Assembly (NCBI GenBank): GCA_030141605.1
Contig: JAQGDQ010000592.1
Coordinates: forward strand, 62,001-126,000
DNA from: Tubiluchus corallicola
Lineage: Eukaryota > Animalia > Priapulida
Length of the DNA: 64,000 bases
Reading direction: 5' to 3'
The notes beneath the pieces were generated by a model. The model was not told where the DNA came from. It was given only the letters and a program-made list of their open reading frames with translations, and searched no databases. The position numbers were made by a program, and so were the translations under genes. Each line of letters opens with the position of its first letter. Positions within the stretch are counted from its first letter, which is position 1. This document shows positions 22,201 to 35,100 of this stretch, piece after piece.

Positions 22201-22945
22201 ACACAGATGACCTGAAGTCAAGATTGCTTTACACGCAATGCTGCTAATCACAAGTGATAATGGGGGCTAAAGGGCATTAAAACGGGTCGTCATCTTAAAA
22301 TTTGTCATTAAAGCGCGTCATCATCTTACAATTTGTCATTAAAATGGGTCATCATCTTAAAATTTATGTGGTACAGGGTAACGGAGAGTCGAAAGGCAAT
22401 TTTCTTCACTAATTGATGAGTTCAGACAGTGTTACAGCATGTCACAGATTCATTTAGGCCATGCTAACCTGCTTAAAAACGAATAGTTCTTTATGGAATG
22501 AAAAAAATTCTTGCAACATGCTAAATAAGTATTAGCTGAATGCGAACAACCCGACCAGATGATGATCGAGCTCAGAGGTCCGACAATCATCCAGAATAGT
22601 TAGGGAAAGGAAAAACTGAGGCTGACTGTTGCAGTTGTGACCGGTAGAAAGTACATAGCTACAAGTTTTGGTATAACGAAACACCTTACTGTACTTTTTT
22701 CCGAGAAAAAGAGTTGTATTTGTCAACCAGCAGTTCCTAGCGTACTGATAAATCCGTGAGCCTACATTTATTTTCGTTGAATCAAATGACAACTTCATTT
22801 CTACTTGATCATTGACCTTCCAAGAATTTTCATTTAAGTCTGTTCATACATTGTAGTTTAATGATTAAATCACGTTCGGTCATATCAAATATACTTACTG
22901 CTACAGAAATCGATCAATATTAAAAATATTTAATAGACTTCGTTT

Positions 22946-23004
<59 letters not shown>

Positions 23005-23051
23005 CAGTAGTAGTAGTAGTAGTAGTTGTAGTGGTTGTAGTGGTAGTAGTG

Positions 23052-23146
<95 letters not shown>

Positions 23147-26100
23147 TTATTGACATTGGTCCAGCAAACGCAACAAAATAATAATTTTGACAACAAATAT
23201 TCACTCTACATACATCCTTACGTTTATACTATACAATAGCATTGTAGCGAGATGTATTATGGATGTATAGGCTACCTTATCTACTGTAATGCTTTGCATT
23301 TCACAAAAGGACTGCAAAGTTGTTGCCTTTACTTGCAATTTTGAATCTATATAAATAAGCATTAGATGTTACAAGAAAAACTTTTAGTCTTAATCACAGT
23401 AAGAACAGCAGTAATGTTGCTTACAGCAATTTTACGCTTATTATTTTTGTTTTGAGCTTAGATGTGTTATCTGATTATCGTCATATATTCTTTTGTACAA
23501 GTGTATGCATTTTCTGTGAATAACGTGATACCAATAATTATTTTCTTTATAGCCCCTAATTGACGTCAGTGTATTATGTCTCCATTAGTATGGGTTAGCC
23601 TCATGACTCATAATTTGTTATGATTGTTTCAGAATCTGCGCACTGTACAATCTAAATAATAGGAGTTTGGCTATGCCGTTTGTTATCATCAATAAACTTA
23701 AAACTAAACTAACTAATCAAGTAGCCCCCAGGTTACAAGTATAGAAAACAGTTTATAATTATATATGAGTAATACAACTTATTATAATTTTAATTTTCCA
23801 TGAATTCCCAGTGCATGTGTAATTTCGTATGTGTCCAGTCATACTTTCCGTCCCGTTACACACAGATGCAGCACAAGGACGATCAACACTCAAGGACACT
23901 CGTTAAATACTGCAATTCCTAACGGAAACGGGAAAAATGAAGCAAAGAAAATTATACTTCAAGCTTTTAAGCCTCTTATGAGGGAAGTCGGGTCGTCTTT
24001 CGACTTTTAAATACATCATATAAAAGCGCGAGATAATTTGTGTATTTTGTTTTGCTCATAGGATGGAACTTTGGCAATTACTCTACGTATGCGCCACTTA
24101 ACAAGCTGGATACATACAGCCGCCACTTTTCCGTGGGCTGTTTTGCGGTAAAGGAACCTGACGTCGACAACGTTTAATTGGCAACATTTCTGAGATGGGT
24201 AACAAATAGCTGTCTAGAGAGCAAATACAACCACACCTGGATAGTAGCAGAACTCCCTGGGTAGTCGCAATAATCCCCTACACTCATTCACTGACTTGCT
24301 CGCGCATCCCTTCTCGCACTTATTTATTCACCTGCTTAATGTATCACTCACGTATTTAGTTCAAGTCAGTGGTGTTAATAATGTCGAATAGATTAAATAA
24401 ATTCGATCACTTTTTCATTATTTAATATCTCATTCAGTCTGTTACTCGTTCACTTGCTCATTCATTAGTGCTGTCTTTAACTTGCTCACTCACTTTTGTC
24501 TTTAACTCACTCACTCTGCCTGTTACAGTAACCAACTTACTTATATGCTTACACCGAAATGTTCAGTATATTTCATTATCGGCTATCGTTCTCTTGCTTA
24601 CAGCTGATATGTTGAGGGGGAATTTGTGGTTTTGCGCTATTGACCATTTTAGAATAACGGCAGATTCTCGCACCTGTGCTCTGTGGCTATAATTTCGTGA
24701 GTAATAAATTAAATTTTCCTTTTCAGTTGATTACTATTTACCCCCACTGGTATCTTTTAATTCGCTGAAAGTTAGGGTCACAAAATGTAACAAATGTATT
24801 GAACAAAATGAAATCAATAGCTTCCTTAAATTTGATCTTATCAAAGCAATGATAACCAACATAACACACTCTACTGAAACCAACACATAAATAGTTATTA
24901 AATGTACTAAACAAATATCGAAAATACGGAAGTACCAAAAAATTAACGCGTAATGTACAAAAAATCAACGCATAATGTAACAAAACAATACACAATGTAA
25001 TAACATTAGCCAATAATATAACAAAAGAATTAACGCATAATGTAAGACCCCCAAAATGCATAGTGTAATAACGTTAAGTTTAACGCATACTGTAACACTG
25101 CAGCAACGCATAATGTAATAACCGATAATGTAACTAGCAGAATTAATGTTAATTGGTGTAATTTTTTATATATATATAGTATTTTTTGGAATATGAAGGT
25201 GGTGAGCATCATTAAGCCAGGGTTTCAATTGTGTGTCGTTTGGCATTGGTCAATTCGTTTGTGCTTCATTTCGTCAGTCTATCTTTTCGCCAGTTTTCCA
25301 TTTCACCAGTCTATCGTTTCTCCAATGTAACTTTTCACCAATCTATTATTTCGCCAATCAATCTTTTCGCCTGGTTACTATGGCGACTAGTTTATCATAT
25401 TTCACAATCTATAAATTCGCCAATCTATCTTTTTGCCAGTGCATCATTTCGCTAGTCTAACTTTCTAGCAGTTGATAATAGAAATAGTGCAAAAGGTATT
25501 AAAATAGTAGTACACCTAGACAGTGCATCACTTCGCCAGTCTATATTTTCACCAGTGCGTCATTTCCCCCATCAGGTCGAGTAATGAAACCGTTGCATTT
25601 TTTGACCGTTTTCTGGACCGTTCTCTGTCAAAATCATGAATCTGACAAACTCACTAACATGACTAAATTCGGGAAGACATAATTCCCTAACTCCTTGACT
25701 GACACTGAAGACTCATAAACCATTAGGTCCTTGATGTGGAATTTTTGTGGAACCTCGCCAGAACATGACCCTTTTGTTACTCAATGCTGAAGCACCTCGT
25801 TTCACTGTAGCCCCTTGTCCCACGCAGCCCCCACTTCGTTTCACTGTGGCCCCCTTGCCCCACGCAGCCCCCACTTCGTTTCACTGTGGCCCCCTTGCCC
25901 CACGCAGCCCTCACATCGTTTCACTGTGGTCCCCTTGTCCCACGCAGCCCCTACTTCGTTTCACCGTGGCCCCCTTGTCCCACGCAGCCTGCCAACCTGG
26001 CCCCCAGTGGTGATAGCCCGATCAATTCTCCAACAACGTGCCACACAGCCGCCACCGCCACAAGGCTGCCACGATACGGCTGTTTTTCTAGACACATGTC

Positions 26101-29100
26101 GGTAACATACTTAAAACTTATGACAAAAAATTTTGAAAGCTACAACTCTTGAAGGAACCCATTAGGAATCACTTGACTAACAACTCATAATAACCCGTCC
26201 CAGCTCTGTCATGTTTAATAAGCCGCTAGGCCTATGAAGGTCGAAGTTTAATGACATCGTTGTTGAATTTTACCCTTATATTACTCAAGACAAAAGCACC
26301 ACGTGCCAAGAAGGCAGCCAGTGGTGATAACCGTATCAATTATCTACCCACCTGCAGATACCACCTATAAAACGTAGCGCTATGGGCCTATGGCCCATCA
26401 TTCCTAACTTTGTTGGTCTCATTTACTAACATCTGAAGGTTGTAATCCACTGCGACCCGTTCATTGTGTAGTTGTACAGTACTGGACATTTGCTATTTTC
26501 ATTCAAGTTTTGGTGCCCTCATGTGGGGAATAAAAGTTATTCACAAAAAATCGTCATATTTATGAGTCGAGCCACAAAAAAGTTAATTCTGAGGAAACAT
26601 ACCACTAGCGAACTATACCACTTGCGAACTAATACTAGTGGCGAACTGAAACACTTTTGTTAAAAGGATAAGGCAATAACATAGTAGATAAATTTTACTG
26701 GAGAACCGTAGTAGTGGCGAATCGTTCTATTGGAAAACTATACTACTGGCGACTCATAATGGTGGCGAACCGTAATAGAGGCGAATCTGTATCACTGGCG
26801 AACTGTTGAAATACCATTCTGACAGCCCTACGCTATTGGTGTGGTGCTACAATATGTATTAAACTTTGGATTATTACATATGCGTTTTGGGAGTCTTACA
26901 TTATGCGTTGGTTTTTTAATACATTATCGGTTAGTTATTACATTATGCGTTATTTTTCCGTTATTACAATATCGTGGGTTTATTACATTATCAATTGTAA
27001 CACGGCCATTGGGCTGAAGTAAGCCGAACTTGATAGCTTAATTAATTTTTGATTATTACGTACACACTGAGATAGAGAAAAGCTCTTCCCCGCTTTTCTA
27101 GTAACTCCGCTTTGTAAAATACGAAAAGTGGAAGCTTCAATAAAACGTTACAATCCAGTTTTTATCGCGTAGCTCAGTTAGCTGTGCAAAAATATCGAAT
27201 TTTGGAAAGTTTGTATTGAGCTTTTAGTATAAAAAATGAAAAACAGAGCCTTGCAAAAATTGTTAAAGTATGAACAACAAACGATTGAATAACAGTAGCA
27301 GACACTTGGGATGATATTAAATTTGTGCCACATACGTCGGTAATTCAAATAAGATGATTATTGATTAGGTCTAAGAGTAGAATTATTTGAGAGTACGTGT
27401 ATATCAAACTTATAAAACAATGGGACTACAGGAAACTATTCAACGATCACAAGATGTTTTTGGCATACGTAACGACAGCTTAACTGAGCTCATCTAAATA
27501 ATCTAGAATGATTGTTTATGACAGTAAGTTATAATATTGTGTTTTACGCACGTGCAGTGCACAGCAATGTGGAAGATATGTTTAATGAAATTTCTAAGAA
27601 AGCAATTAGGATATAAATATATTTTTTTGAATTACTACGAAAGCTATTCGTTATTATTTGGTCACTATTTGTACAAGATCATAAAATATTATGCTTAGGA
27701 ATGTAATAACATAAAAACGTGACAATTTAATCACGATTTTATAATATGTTAGTACTAAGTTATGTGTAATCATTGAACTAGAGGCGGGATCCTTCCAAAG
27801 GCGGAGATTTTCCGCGCCACTGTAAGCACGGGGTTTGGTTGCTGAGAGTGTTGTACTCTGTGATGATGCACCACAGGGTGTACCATACACTGTGACACAC
27901 CACAAAATTTGTTTCTTTAATAGCTTTGAATTATAATGAAAGTTGTTTATAAGTGTAGGACGTATAGACCTTGTTTAGAGCGTATAAGGCCTACAGGACT
28001 ACAGCCTATAAATTAGCAAACGTGAATTAGTTAAAACAACATCAGCTATGTACAATACTAAAAAAGAAAGATCTACATTGAAATCAGACACGAAAGTTGC
28101 AATAGTTTAGAAAGTTGATGCAGTCTCAGCTTAACCTGCATGACACCGCTACAAAACCGGCGGAAAGTTGTTTCATGTAAGCAGAGCTTGATAACTTCAT
28201 TCAGAGCATTCACGCTGAAAAGTGATTCCAGCACAACGCCAATTTCGATATTTTTTATTAAACCATTTTAGATTTATAGGCCTGTGGCAAGGATAAAGAT
28301 CATATAGCACAATTTTGTTTAGGATTGGTTTTGACGTTGCGTAGCCGAGTCGATTTAATCTAAATTTAACTATTGTAGTATTCAGCCTTGAACTATCCGA
28401 TCTTTTTTTTCCAGTTTGACTTCCCGATTATCCTTGACACATATTGATTTTTATCACTGCTCCCTGGCATTCCTTCCTGGAATTAAATCATCCAACAGAC
28501 GAGACGACAATTTCTGCATGGTTAATTCTCACGAACACGGCTTTACTGCTTACCATTCATGGTGTTTTTTCTTGTCAATAATACTGCCTTGTACGTAAAT
28601 TATAAACTTTGATTTCTCATGCCCACTGAGACATTGTCAGAAGTCTTCCGTAATCAGGATACGTTGTAGTGTGTGACATGTCGGCAAAACATTTGAGAAT
28701 TTTTCACCATTAGGCTTACAGTGAAGTTACTCAATGTAAGGCCGCATTTCCACTGCGCCCGCACAGACACACGGAAAAAATTGATACAATGACCCGCCCT
28801 TGAATACCATTGTCTTACGTGTCTGTCGTTTCCACTGCGACCTCACGTATACGCATGGATCCGCACTTCAATTGTTCAACCTTTTTTGTGCGGACAGACA
28901 AGCTCATTTTTATAATGGAGGATGAACAGATCGTACGCGCTGTGGAGATCAGACCTGCTTTGTATGACAAAAGTAATCCCAAATACAGTCACAGGGATTT
29001 TACAAGACAGCTGTGGGCCGAAGTGGCCTTTCAGCTTAATACTGAAGGTAGAATACATGTAGTTTTGTTATTAAATTAACGTTTCTGTAAATTTAGTATA

Positions 29101-32100
29101 TACATGTATTTATACTCTCTATTGCCACAATATTTCGACTTTGCCCTAAAAATTGCACTACTTTGTTGTGCTATTACAGGGAGCAAATAATAAGCTTCAA
29201 AACATTGTTAGTTTTATAATGCAATACCAGTTTTTTATTTGAAGTGAATTCAACTAGTCTATTTAAATTCCCTTAAAAACACGCCGTAAAAATTGCAACA
29301 TATGGACGTGCAAAATCATAATCAACTGCAACATATTAGATAATTTCAAGGCTTCGCACAAGATTTCATTGAAATTGTTACCGTTTGTCTTCACCACCAT
29401 TTGAAAAATAGTCAGGTTACACTCGACCAATATTTTGCTGCTGCCAGGGCACTGAACCAGCAGGAGAAATAAAGTAATCCAAGAAGGCTTGTCTAGTACT
29501 CATTGCTGAATTTACTGGACGTCCACGCGTTTCTGCTACATCCCGTATTGGTTGCAGGACAGCTTGGTTAGCTCGTTGCATTCTAGGGAAGGCCGACCAG
29601 GTTTTTCATGGTGAATGAAATTATGCAATACGCTTATGGCTTTCACTATTTCACACACAAAAGGTACTTGCACCTGCATTGCCTGATGTAAAAATTTGAA
29701 AAATAATTTCAAGTTAAGATGCAGTTAATTAGTTGTTGGCTCAGTTTACCTTAGCGTAACAACAAGGCGCTGTTCTGGTGAAATACAATCCCGAAAATTT
29801 GTGTTCTGTTTCTTAAGATGTCCAGAACACAAACCAAGTAAAATTCGGAAGGTTGCAAGTTGCATTCTCAAATAACTAAGGCACTTTTCTTAATCTATTA
29901 CAACTTGTTGCAACAAATGATTTCATATGCCTAGCTATCCACGGTTTTCAAATATTGGGTGTACCCAAAAACGATGTTGTCGCTTCCTGTATCGCCTACT
30001 TGCATTTTTCTTTAACCACCACAGCAAAACTCTTGACCCATTTATGACGTATTTTAAGGAATGAGTGCGGTCCCAATGGACTTTTGCGGACGTAAAACGT
30101 GCGGACAGAAAAGTCTGTGTCTGTGCGGGCGCAGTGGAAACGCGGCCTATAACGTCTTATTAATGCGTAAGTCTAGGGCTGCATTAACGTATAGGCTGCA
30201 GCCCAGGGCCCCTCAAGCTTGGATTGCTTTGCTGAATAATTCTTATAAATTAAAATAAATTTTCAATTTTAAAAAAGGAGGCCAGGAAGCCTGAAGTGGC
30301 TTCTCGTTTGAGATAAAGGATCCCTGGTTGAGGACCTTTGTTTGAGATTAGGGTCCCTCCTTGAAGCCCTTCATTTGATATACGGGGCCACCAGCTATGC
30401 AAATGTCGCTAAAATGTCACAAGAAATATTTGAGACGAATGCGAGCAAATTAGAGGCCGTCTGAAGGGGCCCCATAATTTCATTAGCCTGCCATTAAATG
30501 GTCATAATTCGGCATGCACGTAAGGCATGATGTTCAAAAAAAATTTCTAAGCGGAGAAACGTACACTTTCACCTCCTTGTTTTCCAAAATTGATTGGTGT
30601 TCAACTTCAAGTCAGCCAAGGTTTGTTAATAGCATGGTTTGACAATCATAACTACAGAAGAGTGTTGAAATCATAAAAAAGCTGGAAGATCCCCGCACGG
30701 CTACTGGGCACACGAGTAATAAGGACAAAAAGAGAAAACGGCCTAGTTTGGCCATTTTATAAATCTTACGCATGTTTAGTGTGTAACTGCAGATGACTAC
30801 AAAACAGTGTGTAGACGGATAGTCTATGTGATTATCACAACGCTTAAACTAGAAAAAAGGAAGGAGTGCTTTGCACACACTACAGAGGTCGCGATTATAA
30901 TGCACTTCTGAAACCGCAGTTAAAAGACACAGATTGTTATCACAGTTTTTTGGCGGTTTTCGACTCATATTTCTGCATAACAGCCATAGGACTCAAAGAT
31001 GATCTTCATATTTGTTATTAGGCTCAGCGGCTGAGTCCGGTCCGGGCCGGGTCAGTCGAGATAAATTTAGAGACTAGCTGCTCGAGCCTAGACTTGACAT
31101 TAGTTCGTTAGGGCTTTCATAAAACAATAAGAAAAAATTTTATTAGCTTTTTACTTACACCCATGCCAGCTGATTCTCTCATTGTAGTAAAACAGATTTT
31201 GTGAAAATGTAGCGGGAGCACCTGTAAGAAAGGAAAGCATCAAAAGCATGTTTATTTTTTAACCGAACTTCAAATTAAAATTTAATCAAGGGATGCAATT
31301 TACAACACTTCTAGTTTGTTGTTAACAACTACCCATGCTGTACATAATTAACCATGTACTTAACTCTGCTTCACATAGTAACACATATCTACAAACATCA
31401 ATTATCAAAATGTGTGCTTCTGAGCAGTTGCGTCCGATGTTCCAGTTCATTCAGCTCATAAAAAATAGTATTTGTAAGCAACGCAGTGCTTGTGCAGAGA
31501 AAAATTTAGAAATAATTTTAAAAATTAACAAATGAATATCTAATGTTGAAAACAATAAACTTATTTACGTACTCTTAAACTTACTTTTACTTACTTGCTT
31601 ACTTACTTGCTTACTTGCTTGCTTACTTACTTACTTACTTACTCACTCACTCACTCACTCACTCACTCACTCACTCACTCACTCACTCAAGTACTCACTT
31701 ACTTACCCATTTACTTACTAATAAATGATGAAAAAATACAGTAATAAATTTTCTTAAGCAGCTAGGTATATATGTAAGTAAGTAGTTACTAGATGGGTAG
31801 GTAAGCAAGTAAGCAGGTAGGTGTGGGTAGGTAAGTTGACAGGTAGCTAGGTAAGTAGGTATGTTGGTAGGTAAGCAGACAGATACGTAGGTAGGTAAAT
31901 AAGAAGTACTGCTGTAAAAATGTTCTGTAGCGCTTGTGCTTGTTTACTGCCCAAATCTCCAGTGCCCAAACGTTCTACTACCAAATGTCCACTGCCCAAG
32001 TTAGGTAAAACATCCCTTTCATATAGACAGCTTATTTGGTAGGCACTTAAAATGGCGAAATAGTACAGTTCAGGTCTGTCCGACTCTGTGCATCGAAAAA

Positions 32101-35100
32101 CAAGTAATGGTTAACATAGTGGGTATCACAAAGTCACTATTCGGAAAGACATTTTTAAATTCCACTTTCGTTTGAAAGTCAAAATGTCTGTATGTTTCAT
32201 GGCATAGTATTTAATCATAGCTGTGGACAAGGTCGCACTACCAAGTCAACATTGGAAAGTGTTTAATTAAACCAGACATCGAATAACAGCACCCATTGTC
32301 ATTAATCGGCATAACAGATAATAAATCTCATCATAATCCGATTCATTGCCAAGTAAGCTACTCAATATTAATTATTTAATTATTCCAGGCAGTCGTCCTT
32401 AGTGAAAGCAAGTACACGTAAAGCAAAAAATTCGCATTTTCAATATCAAAACTTGTAATTGTCATGCAAATGAATAAAGTAAAATAACAAGAACACATTC
32501 ATTACTATTATCACGAATGTAGTAACGTACGAACAGATCTCATAAAAACAGTGACAACGGACAACTTTATTTATTAATTTGCCCAAATATACTATATGCA
32601 CATTCTTTTACTGAGTGGCAACAAGTGAATGCCGCCTATTGGTCGTCTAAAGAGAAATATTGATACTAGACTTTAGATTGCTATTTATGGGAGGGTGAAC
32701 ATGAAGCTGTTTAGCTACTAACAGTGTGATGCCTTGGCAGTGTGTCGTCCTAAAATTCATCTTCGTGGAAACGATATCTATTTTTGCACGTTTGTCGGGC
32801 AAGCTTTCTTAGCCCTCTTCGTCATATAGGCTCACCATGGAATGCAGAGACATAAGTTGTCAGTTCCTTAAGTCCTCATATTCTCCACACGTTCTGCTTG
32901 CTAGGCCGTGGTAATCTGGTGACTGCAGTGTATCTGCCAGGTGACAAAGTTACCTGATAGTATATTCTGTTGGACTCATCGATGATCTGTAATCAGATTA
33001 ACCGCAGCGCAATAGACCCACTGCGACAGCTTCAGGCCCCAATGTTGTGATGATGCTATATGACTGTGAGTATAACCATTTGGTGGTCTATATAAAAAAA
33101 GGCTAAAGTGGTATGGTGATGTAAGCTTAGCTGGCAAAAGAAGTTTGCCTTTAAAACACAGCCTTAACAAACTTTTTTGCACCCTAATAATCTTGTTCTT
33201 TGTTGCATTACAGAAAAATGCAATGAACAATTCATACGTTACGCGTTACTAACTAAATACGCATTTCTTTTTTAGACTTACATTTACATTTATATTTGTA
33301 ACCTCTAGATAAATAAACATTTATCAATTCCAGATAAATAATTTATAGTGTACCTAAGGGCTTATGTGGTCATCTTGCATGTGGACGCTATACATATATG
33401 AAAACCTAAAAAATCTTCATTTGGACTTGAACTTTGAACTTCGGTATTTCAAGTGGCTGTATTAGTTGTTACAGCAAATAGAAACTTCGATTTTTCGGAC
33501 TTGGAAATTTACTAGTATGAAACTTTCAAACCAATTTAAGATTCTATTTCAGGAGGTGCTTACTGAAAAACAAGTCAAAGTTAAATTAGAGCCATATACA
33601 ACTGCGTCTTGGGAGCTTTCACACAGCATTACTGTAACAGATTGTTACAGCATCAAAGCTTGGTTGCAAAACTTGAAATCTTTAATTTCCTCCTCTCATA
33701 AAATAACATTGGCCTATTTTGTTTTACTGCGCAAATTATTCTAAAGGTTATTCTAAATTAGAGTTTCATAGTATTTTTTCAAAAGTTTAAGCTCATCTGT
33801 ATGCGAGTTTTACCAGCTGTTAATGTTTAGTTACTCGACCGAGTAACCCACATATTACTTAGCAGCATCCTCTTTACAAGTCTTTACACTGCCATATACA
33901 CTATTTAACTACGGATTTGGCCAAGGCCATTAGAAAAATGAATATACAAGGTGGTATGCTGTATTAAACAATAGTGATAACCCACGCAGTTGTACCTCAT
34001 CATGTTTAACAAACTGTTAAGTTTTCTATTTTCTTGCGCGAAGGGATACCACGGCAGGGCAGGGCAAATAACAAACGCACTTGCGGTGCACGAAATTAAG
34101 GGAAAGTGAGTGAATAAGAAAATAGGGTAAGGAGCGGCACGTGAGATGGCGTAGAGTGATCAAAAGGTACAAGCCGGATGACTTAAAAGGTTTCCATGAT
34201 ATACATAGGTGACGGTTTGGAATGCTCTGAATAGCATTTTATTCCACAATCGCGTCACGGTCTGGGTTTTGCAAAATTAGTCCTTCGTATTGGCTAATCT
34301 CGTATAAACGGTTAATTTCTGTTTTTGTTTCTCGATCACAAATTGTCAATCTATTACTGTTCATATCCAATTAAATTCACTGCATGTAGGCCTATAATAG
34401 TAATACCCACATAATAATAACTATGACTGTTACACGAAACATTGATTTACGTTTATTTACATTTTATTTTTCTTTTGTTGCCTATCCAATCGGATATATG
34501 CAGGAAAAGAGATGGATAGTGCTTACTCTGCGGAACTGATAACAATGGGATCGGGAAGGTTACAGCAAAAACCAAGCATTTGTAAGTTTGCTACTTTAAG
34601 GGTTTATGCGTCATGACAAAATTAGACAGCAGCTTATCTCAGTATTATAAGAAGTAGACACAATGTCTGTGTATTTGCAATAGACGTAATAGAATACAGT
34701 ATCAGTTTTCTATAATTTTGCTTTTTCTATTTGGTGTGACCAAAAATAAATTGTTTAGCCTCCACATAAACACATAAACTGTCTGTGTTCTGTTGTCTGT
34801 GTAATCTCACACAAACAGGTGCTTTCTGCTCTTATTTTTCGAACTTTAGCTAGATGACCTATCTCCATAATGTCAAGAAAAAAATTATTCTTCGAAAAAA
34901 CTGTAACCTTAGAATCTGTCATACACAGGAACAAAACAAAAAGTGCAGGAACTGTAGCTCAGTCAGTTGGTACTTTACGCGAGGGTTAACAGTAGCAAAC
35001 TACTGCATTTCCACAAACAAATAACCTATGTGTATGCTGTTTATTCAACCAACAGATTACCAGAAACCGAAAACTGTAGCATAATTATTTAGTGAGCACA

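Larger units (their letters stand above)
28740..30147. mobile_element. Internally deleted PIF/Harbinger DNA transposon
   Basis: ~32-bp TIRs GGCCGC(A/G)TTTCCACTGCGCCCGCACAGACACA with 1 mismatch; flanks TAA / TAT; MADF exon on + and Harbinger transposase N-terminal exon on -. Confidence 0.9.

Noticed and set aside
22550-22600. Second hammerhead-like string (cagatgatg...ccgacaa)
   Set aside because: Both core boxes are mutated and the stems are unconvincing.
22920-23204. Poly-Tyr/Thr and poly-Leu ORFs
   Set aside because: Translation artefacts of the (TAG)n microsatellite.
25747-26152. Three overlapping Pro-rich ORFs
   Set aside because: Produced by the stop-free 40-bp GC-rich minisatellite.
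27165-27190. tRNA A-box-like TAGCTCAG motifs (also ~34953-34975)
   Set aside because: No B box or cloverleaf follows; cannot support a tRNA or SINE.
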